From Coleofasciculus sp. B1-GNL1-01 (GTDB lineage Bacteria > Cyanobacteriota > Cyanobacteriia > Cyanobacteriales > Coleofasciculaceae): a stretch of 47,057 nt of DNA. The first letter of the stretch is position 1. Every line of letters starts with the position of its first letter. The notes under the pieces were generated by a model, which saw nothing but the letters and a program-made list of their open reading frames with translations, was not told where the DNA came from and did not search any database. Position numbers and translations under genes: made by a program. Shown in pieces: positions 30,132-39,038 of the stretch. Where the stretch lies: assembly GCA_040220235.1 (NCBI GenBank), contig JAVJTO010000099.1. The stretch is one strand, 5' to 3'.

Positions 30132-30208
30132 TCACCAGCAACCCATTTAGGATATAAACGTCTAAAGTGAAACATTAACCCCAACCTTTACATTCAAAAA
30201 CGACCACT

Positions 30209-31798
30209 ATGTCAGGAAAATTTGCCAACCAGCGGGCGGCGTGTATCCAAAACGCCCTGAAGGAACGACTAGGTGAACAACTGCCCTCGACTAACGAACT
30301 CGCACGCCGCACCGGAATAGATAAGGGCAATATCAGCAAAATTCGCAACGGCAAAACCACCCAACCCGGACCAGAAACCGTGAAAAGATTAGCCCAGGGA
30401 TTAGGTATTGAACCGGGCGAACTCAATCATATCCTGGTTGATTGCGCCAATAGTACCTGTCCAAAACCAACCATTGACCCCAACCCCACCCCCCGGAATC
30501 ACCATGATTGGGGAGAAGCCCCCGATGTCTCCATTTTTTACGGACACACCCAGGAACTGGAAACATTACAGCAATGGATTGTCAACGACAACTGTCGCCT
30601 CGTGGCGCTACTCGGTATAGGCGGAATTGGCAAAACCAGTCTCGGCGTCAAACTCGCCCAACGGATACAACACCACTTTGAGTATGTCATCTGGCGATCG
30701 CTACACAAGCCCCTATCCGTACAAACCTTCTTAACCCACCTACTCCAATTCCTCTGTTCCCCATCCCCCGATGATTTCCCAGAAGATTTCCGCAGTCAAG
30801 TCTCACTCCTGTTTCACATCTTGCAAACCCATCGCTGTCTCCTTGTACTCGACAACACCGAGGCAATTTTCCAATCCGGTCAACTGGCTGGGCGTTATCA
30901 CCAAGACTACCAAGGCTATGGAGAAATCCTCAGACGCCTGGGAAACTCCTACCATCAAAGCAGTGTCGTGATTATCTCTCCCGAAAAACCCGAAGATATT
31001 AACTGTTTGGCGGGGAAAAATCTACCCATTCGCACCCTCACACTCCAGGGATTGTCCCTAGCCGAAGCCCAATATATCTTTCAAGCCAAAGAGTTATCCG
31101 ATTCCCACCAATGGAGTCAACTCGTTGACCACTACCAAGGAAATCCCTTAAACCTAAAAATAGCCGCAACAACGATTCAAGACTTATTTCAAGGTCGAGT
31201 TTCAGAGTTCTTAAGTCGCAAAACCTTTGTCTTTGGTCAAATTCAGGCACTTCTAGAGGAACAGTTTCACCGCTTATCACCGTTAGAACAAGAAGCCTTG
31301 TACTGGTTAGCTATTGAACAAAAATTCCTGTCCCTATCCCAACTCCAGGACTATTTTTGGCAACCAATTCCCACCCAGCAACTGTTCGAGATCGTGGACT
31401 CTCTGGTGCGACGCTCACTGGTTGAAAAGGTAATCAAAGCAGGAAAACCAATTTTCACCCTACCCGTAGTGGTCAAAGAATATGTTGCCAACCGTTTCAT
31501 TCATCAAGTTTGCATAGAAATCCGTGGCTTAATCAGCACCCGAAACCTGGAAAAAATCCACTTCGTCAAAAATTATGCCCTAACCCCATTCAGTTTCTCA
31601 GAATTCACCCCCCCAGAGGTGCAAAATTCCCCCCTGATAGAAACGATTAAAACTCAGATTAAGCCCCCGGCTATACCTCGCCAAAAAATGGCAGAACAAC
31701 TGGATAAACTGGTATGGCACTTAGCTGAACAGTCCCCCCTAGACATTGGCTATTCCTTCCATAATCTCCGCTCTCTAACTGCCACATTTCTCGATTAA
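30209..31798 (+). CDS. HTH-XRE + NB-ARC (STAND) protein lacking the usual C-terminal WD40 region
   Basis: ELARRTGIDKGNISKIRNG (XRE HTH), DWGEAPDVSIFYG, GIGGIGKT (Walker A), LLVLDN (Walker B), GNPLNLK. Confidence 0.88.
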   Translation: MSGKFANQRAACIQNALKERLGEQLPSTNELARRTGIDKGNISKIRNGKTTQPGPETVKRLAQGLGIEPGELNHILVDCANSTCPKPTIDPNPTPRNHHDWGEAPDVSIFYGHTQELETLQQWIVNDNCRLVALLGIGGIGKTSLGVKLAQRIQHHFEYVIWRSLHKPLSVQTFLTHLLQFLCSPSPDDFPEDFRSQVSLLFHILQTHRCLLVLDNTEAIFQSGQLAGRYHQDYQGYGEILRRLGNSYHQSSVVIISPEKPEDINCLAGKNLPIRTLTLQGLSLAEAQYIFQAKELSDSHQWSQLVDHYQGNPLNLKIAATTIQDLFQGRVSEFLSRKTFVFGQIQALLEEQFHRLSPLEQEALYWLAIEQKFLSLSQLQDYFWQPIPTQQLFEIVDSLVRRSLVEKVIKAGKPIFTLPVVVKEYVANRFIHQVCIEIRGLISTRNLEKIHFVKNYALTPFSFSEFTPPEVQNSPLIETIKTQIKPPAIPRQKMAEQLDKLVWHLAEQSPLDIGYSFHNLRSLTATFLD

Positions 31799-32007
31799 CA
31801 TCTGCCTTCTAAATTTGGAGAATACGCTGATAAGGATTTAAATTGTGTATTCCCCGTTGCCTGTTGCCCGTTACCTTCCTTCACTCTAAATACAGCAACA
31901 GCTTAATGCGTGCATCTTCCACCCTTCCCAAAATCAAATCCTGCCATTAAATGTAAAATGAAACAGAGGGTGAGAGTAGTGACCAAAAACTAATCACCTA
32001 AAAACCG

Positions 32008-35000
32008 ATGACTGAAACCCTGAATTCTCGCATCTACTGTATTAACCCGAATTGCCAACAGCGGCAAAACCCAAATGAGCTAGACTATTGTCAAGCTTGC
32101 GGCACCCCCTTACTGATTAACAATCGCTATCGCCTGATCAAACCCCTACGCGACTTAAAAAAAACAGCCAATACCGAACTCTTTGAAGTCGAAGATTGGG
32201 ACTCATCCCCGGAAAATTGGGGAACCCGAAAAGTTATCAAAATCCTCCAATACAACCATCCCGACTGGATTCGTCTCTTCAAACGAGAAGCCCGCATTTT
32301 GATGTGGCTCAGACATCCTGGAATTCCCAAAGTTGAGCCAGATGGCTACTTTAGTCTTGCCCCTAAATCCAGTTTTATGTCCTTGCATTGCCTCGTCATG
32401 GAACATATTCCAGGACAAAACTTACAACAATGGTTAACCGAAAATGGACGCATTTCCGAAGCCTCTGCCATCGATTGGCTGCACCAACTTATAGAAATTA
32501 TAGACAACGTTCATCAAAACGGGCTTTTTCATCGAGACATTAAACCCTCCAACATTATGCTCCGCCCCAATGAGCAACTGGTATTAATTGACTTTGGCAC
32601 CGTTAAAGAAGTCACACCCACTCAACCCGACACCTTGGAACCCCAGGATATGACTCGCGTCATTTCCGAAGGCTATTCCGCACCCGAACAAATCGAAGGT
32701 TCAGCCACTCCCCAATCCGATTTTTTTGCCCTAGGGCGAACCCTGGTTCATCTACTCACAGGTAGACATCCCACCGAATTTGAACCCTCACCGGAAAATC
32801 AGCTCATTTCGTGGCGGGATCATGCCCCCCAAATTTCCCAGGATTTAGCTAATTTTATCGATCGCTTAATGACCCCCTTGTCAGAGCATCGACCAGAAAA
32901 CACACAAACCATTTTAGCCTGTTTAGAAAAGCAGCAGTTTTCCTGTGGGGCTGAATTCCCTGTCAATCCTACCACCCACTCAGCAACTGAGCCAGAGACA
33001 CCAGAAATGCCGTCCTCTAAGGATGTTTTCTACATACCCCTTGAGGAAAGCAATCAACAGGATAGCTATGAACAATCAATAAACAATGAACCCGATGACT
33101 TTTTTGACGTTTCACACCATCTAGAAAAATCGATATCACACCTAACCCCCCAGCCCCCTCATCCCCAAGAGAATGTTGCAGTGCTTTCTCCTGTGAACTG
33201 CAAAACTAAAAGTAAAATTTCATATTTAAGTCAAGAAGAGGAGCCGCAGAGCATTTACGATAGGGTAGATAAACTATTATGTAAGTACACGACAACCCAT
33301 CAAAATTGGGAACCCTATTGTGCTAGCTGGAGTAGGCTTTACCTACCCTCCTGGATCAATCCCTTTAGACAGCTTAAGTTCAGTAAATTTAATCGAGAAA
33401 TTCTACTGTTTTTATTGGGGTTAATTAGCTCCCCCTATTTGTGGCAATCCTGTCAGATTGAGAATAATATGTTTAGGTCATCTAATTGCCAAAGTAGATC
33501 AACCGTAGACGAAAAAGCAGACAATAACAATAAAATAGTTTTAGAAATAATGCCTTTGATAACAAATCTTGTAAGGGATTTAAAATCTCATGTCAATGAT
33601 TTTAGCCAGAATAAAAACACCAAGCAAGACGGGATAAAAAATTATTCTTTATCAAAGAATAGCCATCCCTCGGCAGAACCTAGACAAATCGCCCACATAA
33701 ATAATCATAAAACAGTCACCCCTAAACCTTCCCAGCAAAAGGATTCCCGCTTAAGTGACCAAATTTCGTCCCAGCCTTTAATCTCAAAAGATATCTCCTC
33801 CTGTCAGGAAAATAGCCCTACAGAGGAATGCTCCCAGAACACTAAGTCAGCGCCTGATATCTCGACTTCCATTCCGAAAGATAAAATTGCCCTCAACTCT
33901 CCAGATTTATCCCCGGAAGTTATATCAAAACCGGAAAAGCTTAAAGCATCTAATCCTCAGAAATCGAGCAGCACTGTAGTTAGAAATCAGCCAAAAAGCC
34001 ACAAAGCTACTTCTAAAAACCCAGTTCTAACCACCAAGGATACTGTTAATCCAGGTCAAATCACTATACTTTCCAACCGTAACCAATTTACTAGCCGTAA
34101 AGAAATCCTTAGCTCAAGCTTAGGGACTCGTTCTAGAGAAATGACTCTCAACACAGAGGGTAACATTCAAACCGATAAAATCAACCCCGCTAAAGACAGT
34201 ACAACTTCGAGTGAAATATCAGCATCCACCCGAACAGGAACAGCCGGACGTGTCAGGATTAATGCAGGAGAAAATTCGGTTGAGTCAGTATCTCTCAACA
34301 ACAGTCGCCTCTCCGTTGCAGCCACTGAAGGCGGTAAACTTGGGGAAGTAACGATAAATACTCAACAGTTAAGCCTAAGTGAGAACTCGCCGCTATCAGC
34401 CTCTAACCTATCCAGTGAAAGCCAAGATATTCGTTTACAAGGCTTAGAAAACTTACAGTTAATCAACGGTAGTAAAATATCGGTATCGACAGAAATAGGA
34501 AGGGAGCATGTCAGATTTGCACGCCATATTCCAGCTAACCGGATACGTTGGGTTTCGTTCCTCAACCCAACCTACAAAGTTGACATGCACCCAACAGGAA
34601 TAGTCGGAAGTGTCAGGATTAATCTAGATGGCAATCTTGACACCAGTGCTGGAACCCTTAACACTAGCTTTATGAGTATTAATGATGGTGCGATCGCTCT
34701 TTCTGCGAATAACAACATAAGCACAGGTGATATTAATTCAAGTGCCGAGCAGAATGCTGGAGCCATTACTTTGACTAATGGCGGCAATATTATCGTTAGT
34801 CCAATTAACGCTCAGAATCTTAGTCGTGGTAGGGGCGGAAATATTAATGCTCAAGGATGTAACAATGACAAAGGAAATAACATAAATATTACCGCAAGTC
34901 AATTCTTCCATGTCACTGACACCTTCACAGACGCTAACGGCGAAGATGCCAACATTTCCAGCGCAGGTGGGGATAATAATGGTGAGATTACTATCCGCCA

Positions 35001-35226
35001 TGGTAGTAACGGTGAGACTCCTTCTATTACGGGTAATGCCACACCTAATGCTACAGTTGGTATGATTGCCGATGGTGATATTACCATCAGTCCCACACAA
35101 TCATTTCTCTTTACTCACATAGACGACATCGAAATTATTAGTGTTGATACACTGACGATTTCTGATCAAGAACTTGTCGATGAATCCTTAGATTTGTTAG
35201 GCGTGAGCCTTTTTTGTACCCAGTGA
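32008..35226 (+). CDS. Ser/Thr protein kinase (4-Cys prefix) with low-complexity linker, TM segment and haemagglutinin-like beta-helix tail
   Basis: YCINPNC...CQACG, HRDIKPSNIM, LIDFG, GYSAPEQ, SDFFALG. C-terminal GGNINI/GAITL repeats. Confidence 0.85.
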   Translation: MTETLNSRIYCINPNCQQRQNPNELDYCQACGTPLLINNRYRLIKPLRDLKKTANTELFEVEDWDSSPENWGTRKVIKILQYNHPDWIRLFKREARILMWLRHPGIPKVEPDGYFSLAPKSSFMSLHCLVMEHIPGQNLQQWLTENGRISEASAIDWLHQLIEIIDNVHQNGLFHRDIKPSNIMLRPNEQLVLIDFGTVKEVTPTQPDTLEPQDMTRVISEGYSAPEQIEGSATPQSDFFALGRTLVHLLTGRHPTEFEPSPENQLISWRDHAPQISQDLANFIDRLMTPLSEHRPENTQTILACLEKQQFSCGAEFPVNPTTHSATEPETPEMPSSKDVFYIPLEESNQQDSYEQSINNEPDDFFDVSHHLEKSISHLTPQPPHPQENVAVLSPVNCKTKSKISYLSQEEEPQSIYDRVDKLLCKYTTTHQNWEPYCASWSRLYLPSWINPFRQLKFSKFNREILLFLLGLISSPYLWQSCQIENNMFRSSNCQSRSTVDEKADNNNKIVLEIMPLITNLVRDLKSHVNDFSQNKNTKQDGIKNYSLSKNSHPSAEPRQIAHINNHKTVTPKPSQQKDSRLSDQISSQPLISKDISSCQENSPTEECSQNTKSAPDISTSIPKDKIALNSPDLSPEVISKPEKLKASNPQKSSSTVVRNQPKSHKATSKNPVLTTKDTVNPGQITILSNRNQFTSRKEILSSSLGTRSREMTLNTEGNIQTDKINPAKDSTTSSEISASTRTGTAGRVRINAGENSVESVSLNNSRLSVAATEGGKLGEVTINTQQLSLSENSPLSASNLSSESQDIRLQGLENLQLINGSKISVSTEIGREHVRFARHIPANRIRWVSFLNPTYKVDMHPTGIVGSVRINLDGNLDTSAGTLNTSFMSINDGAIALSANNNISTGDINSSAEQNAGAITLTNGGNIIVSPINAQNLSRGRGGNINAQGCNNDKGNNINITASQFFHVTDTFTDANGEDANISSAGGDNNGEITIRHGSNGETPSITGNATPNATVGMIADGDITISPTQSFLFTHIDDIEIISVDTLTISDQELVDESLDLLGVSLFCTQ

Positions 35227-35593
35227 ACCCAAAAGCTAACTCGCCTGAGCTAGAGAGTGAATGGTGATAATGTCATTATTTTTCAAGGCTTGAACATTTC
35301 CCATCGGTATTGCACAATTACATTAATGGATTCACCCACAGCCTTAAAAACTTGATCGCTCCTAATCACGCCTCATACCAAGCTGCGTTCTACGGAAAGT
35401 CTATCTTTATCTTGACATAATGCTTCGGCTGTGCTTGGAATAGAGCAATCAGGCTAATGGTCAACTGGGTGACTTTCCCTCAATTTTGCTTACAATTGCA
35501 TAGGTGAGAGGAAAGAGTCCTACGCTAGATAGTGTTGCTTGCGCTAGGTTGTACTGTTATATCAAAAGTGCCAGTATCCTTGGAGTTCTATTC

Positions 35594-37177
35594 ATGTCCG
35601 TAGAATCCGCTATCAGCGAAGCTGCCATTGAGCAGAATCTGGAACAATTTCTCTTGGTGCTGTCGGTGTCTCTCAGCGTCGCCACCGTTTCCCGGATTTT
35701 TCCGTTGTTCCGTAAAATCCCCTATACCTTACTTCTGGTTATTGTCGGCTTGGGTTTAGCCTTTGTCGATGTGCGTCTAGTCAACCTATCCCCAGAACTG
35801 ATTCTAGAGATTTTCCTGCCTCCCCTCCTGTTTGAAGCCGCCTGGAATATCCGTTGGCGGGATTTGCGGCGGGATTTAATCCCGGTGATTCTGTTTGCGG
35901 TGGTGGGAGTGGTAATTTCGGTGCTGGGAATAGCCTTTACCATTACCCAATTTACCGAATTACCCCTGGCGATCGCACTATTAGTCGGCGCGAGTCTGGC
36001 GGCGACTGACCCCGTATCCGTTATTGCCCTATTTCGAGAATTGGGGGCGGATAAACGCCTGAAAACCCTGATGGAGGGGGAAAGCTTATTTAATGATGGT
36101 GTCGCCGTCGTCGCCTTTCTTTTATTGGTGGGTATTCCCCTCGGTACGCAGGAATTTTCCCTATCCACCACCGTCGCCCAATTCTTTACTTTTGTCGGAA
36201 TTGGTATCGGTGTCGGTTGCTTAATTGGATTTGGTATTTCCTTTCTCACCCAACGCTTTGATTTACCCCTGGTTGAACAATCCCTGACGTTAGTTTCTGC
36301 TTATGGCACTTACCTAATTACCGAAGAACTTGGCGGTTCTGGCGTAATTGGCGTGGTTACTGTGGGGTTAGTGCTGGGCAACTTTGGTTCCCGAATTGGC
36401 ATGAACCCCCGCACCCGCTTAATTGTCTCCGAATTCTGGGATTTTCTGGCATTTTTTGTCAACTCAATTGTCTTTCTCCTCATTGGTGACCAAATTGATT
36501 TTCCTCGCCTGGGACAAAACCTTGGCTTAATTGGCGTTGCCATTGGTGCCGTTCTCTTCACCCGGATAATTTCAATTTACGGTTTAGCCACGATTAGTAA
36601 TGCAGTTGTCAAGTCTGATATAGGTTGGCGACAACAAACGGTGTTGTGGTGGGGAGGATTACGGGGTTCGGTTTCCATCGCCCTGGCTTTAAGTGTTCCG
36701 GTGACTTTGGAGGGACGACAAGATATTATTGGGACGGTGTTTGGTGTGGTACTGTTTACACTTTTAGTTGAGGGATTAACCACCCAATTCCTCCTGGAGA
36801 AACTGAATTTAATTGGTGATCAACCTGTGCGTCAGAAATATTCTGAGGCAATCGCCCGTCGTGTGGCACTCAATCGAGTCAAAGGTTATTTAGAGTCAGC
36901 AACGACGAAAAACGAAATGAATTCAGAGTTTTGTCAGTATCAGATCAAACTGGTTGATGGTCAACTCGAAAATATTCAAACTGAGCTTGACAAATTGCTC
37001 CATCATCATCCTCAGTTACAAGACTTGGATATGGAACAACTGCAAGAGCGAATGGTTGATATTGAGGCGGATACCTACGCTGAATTTATCCGCGCTGGAC
37101 GTTTAACTGAAAACCTCTCCCCCTTACTCCAGGAAGCCTTAATTGAAGCTGATGAAAAGCTGATTGAGAGTGACTGA
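35594..37177 (+). CDS. NhaP/CPA1-type Na+/H+ antiporter
   Basis: IFLPPLLFEAA, ATDPVSV, EGESLFNDG, WGGLRG. Start placed at the ATG at 35594. Confidence 0.93.
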   Translation: MSVESAISEAAIEQNLEQFLLVLSVSLSVATVSRIFPLFRKIPYTLLLVIVGLGLAFVDVRLVNLSPELILEIFLPPLLFEAAWNIRWRDLRRDLIPVILFAVVGVVISVLGIAFTITQFTELPLAIALLVGASLAATDPVSVIALFRELGADKRLKTLMEGESLFNDGVAVVAFLLLVGIPLGTQEFSLSTTVAQFFTFVGIGIGVGCLIGFGISFLTQRFDLPLVEQSLTLVSAYGTYLITEELGGSGVIGVVTVGLVLGNFGSRIGMNPRTRLIVSEFWDFLAFFVNSIVFLLIGDQIDFPRLGQNLGLIGVAIGAVLFTRIISIYGLATISNAVVKSDIGWRQQTVLWWGGLRGSVSIALALSVPVTLEGRQDIIGTVFGVVLFTLLVEGLTTQFLLEKLNLIGDQPVRQKYSEAIARRVALNRVKGYLESATTKNEMNSEFCQYQIKLVDGQLENIQTELDKLLHHHPQLQDLDMEQLQERMVDIEADTYAEFIRAGRLTENLSPLLQEALIEADEKLIESD

Positions 37178-37212
37178 TACTGGATAATAGTTTGAAATGT
37201 ACCAGACGCGCT

Positions 37213-37268
37213 CGCCATAGCGGTTAGGACACATTTTATGGTAGAGACGTTGCATGCAACGTCTCTAC
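37213..37268. repeat. Inverted copy of the composite repeat with palindrome GTAGAGACGTTGCATGCAACGTCTCTAC
   Basis: Perfect palindrome plus GGTTAGGACACA arm. Confidence 0.82.
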
Positions 37269-37322
37269 AACAGTTCGGAAAGTCCTAATCGATGTATCTA
37301 CTGCTATACTTCCTGAAATGAC

Positions 37323-37562
37323 TTATTGATCCGATATATCTTCTTCTATTGTCCCTAAGCTAACCACTTCATCCGCTTCAGTTGCCAATTCCAGTAACTT
37401 AGCGGCTGCTAGTAACCGAGAACTTTCTGGATCACCAATCGCCTGCATTGCAACAGAACGGGTTCTCAGACGAGTGGCTAGGGCATGAAGCACCCTTTCC
37501 CAAGAGCCGTCTCCTAGCTGGAAGATTTGATCAATTAGGGCTTCAACTTGGTCATCTGCCAT
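37323..37562 (-). CDS. Hypothetical protein
   Basis: ORF with GAGG RBS upstream and helical protein-like composition. Confidence 0.6.
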   Translation of the reverse strand: MADDQVEALIDQIFQLGDGSWERVLHALATRLRTRSVAMQAIGDPESSRLLAAAKLLELATEADEVVSLGTIEEDISDQ

Positions 37563-37718
37563 GTATTAATTCCTCAATCGTGTAATTGATTGGATGCATC
37601 GAGGTACATTTCAGTTTGACATATTCATGATTGATCGTGCAAACCTATACTCTTAATATTTATAAATGATCAGCAACCTGTTTGCGCTTGCCCATTGTTG
37701 CTTTTTTGGACTAAACAA

Positions 37719-38111
37719 ATGAAAATAATACTTTTGAGCCTAACGTTATTATTCTCGATTTGTTGCTTCTCTCCTGCTCAAGCTGAAAATTTGCCAACAC
37801 TTGCTCAGAATGGCGTTGAAGTTCAGCAACTGAGCAAGTCACCGTTAAAATCGTACTTTCTCAATGTTTTAGGTGGGGGATCGCGACAATCGATTCAGCT
37901 TGATTCACCCGCAACCCGACTGATTATTTATGTTCAGCGCGGAGAAAAGCCGATTCGCTGTGGTGATTGTATGAAAACTTATAACTGTACCCCAGGAAAG
38001 CCACAAACAATTAACGTCGATCCCGCTACACCGATTCAAAAAATTTGGGCAGAGAATCCTTATGAGAAACCTGTGCGCCTACGCCTAGATATTTTTGAAG
38101 AAGTTAGCTAG
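37719..38111 (+). CDS. Hypothetical secreted protein
   Basis: Signal peptide (MKIILL...AQA) and a small Cys-containing beta domain. Confidence 0.65.
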   Translation: MKIILLSLTLLFSICCFSPAQAENLPTLAQNGVEVQQLSKSPLKSYFLNVLGGGSRQSIQLDSPATRLIIYVQRGEKPIRCGDCMKTYNCTPGKPQTINVDPATPIQKIWAENPYEKPVRLRLDIFEEVS

Positions 38112-38154
38112 CTGACAATCGTCTTTCCTCTATCTTGTCCTGATCAAAATGGAG

Positions 38155-38823
38155 TTAACTGATCCGGTTTGAGGCTAGTTTATCAGCCCAACGAGTTGTT
38201 TCCGGTAATCGATATTTCGGAGTGCAGCGCAGGACATAATCGATCGCCGTAGGTAAGCTGATCCGATGACCCGGAGACACATATAGAGGCTTCACCCCAG
38301 TCCGCGATCGCACAACTGCGCCAATTACCTCTCCCCGATGTCGCAAGGGTTGCCAATTGCCTTTCTCTGGGGGTAATTCCTCATGCTGACCAATTAATCG
38401 CGACTTCGCTACCCCAATCGTGGGAACTGTAATCAATAATCCTAAATGACAAGCCAAACCAAAGCGCCGGGGATGGGCAATTCCCTGACCATCACACAAA
38501 ATTAGATCTGGAGTTATCTTAATCTGAGATAGGGCATCCAGTACCACAGGAACTTCCCGAAACGAGAGAAACCCTGGAATATAAGGAAAGTTGGTTGGGC
38601 GACGCGCGATCGCTTGTTCGATCAGTTGCAATTCCGGAAAACTCAAAACCGCAACGGCGGCGCGGGAAACCGCAGAATTGTCCTCAAAACCAACATCCAC
38701 ACCCGCGACATACTTTACCTCACCCAACTGATCCGAGGTAATAATTTCACCACTGAGTTGGTTCTGAATCGCCGTCGCTTCCTCAACTGTCAAAGTCCAC
38801 GAGTGGCGCTGATAAATTTCCAT
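38155..38823 (-). CDS. nfi: Endonuclease V
   Basis: VAGVDVGF, FPYIPGFLSFRE, DGQGIAHPRRFG, IGVAKS, YRLPE. Confidence 0.96.
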   Translation of the reverse strand: MEIYQRHSWTLTVEEATAIQNQLSGEIITSDQLGEVKYVAGVDVGFEDNSAVSRAAVAVLSFPELQLIEQAIARRPTNFPYIPGFLSFREVPVVLDALSQIKITPDLILCDGQGIAHPRRFGLACHLGLLITVPTIGVAKSRLIGQHEELPPEKGNWQPLRHRGEVIGAVVRSRTGVKPLYVSPGHRISLPTAIDYVLRCTPKYRLPETTRWADKLASNRIS

Positions 38824-38900
38824 GTTGATAATTACTCACTGGTTAGGGGAAGGTAGAGTTTTGACCCTTCGCGATTCTCGAGGGCATGGCGCGTGAATCT

Positions 38901-39001
38901 GTAGGGGCGGGTTTAGGGACTTTTTTTCGCTATTGATAACGTTTGTTCAAAACCCGCCCTCATCTCCCCCAGCTTCCAGAGACACCCTGGTATGTCTCTA
39001 C
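38901..39001. repeat. GTAGGGGCGGGTTT...AAACCCGCCC palindrome plus a degenerate GTAG palindrome
   Basis: Visible inverted repeats. Confidence 0.65.
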
Positions 39002-39038
39002 ATTGTTCCCCCCGATTCACTTACACTATCCAACATCT

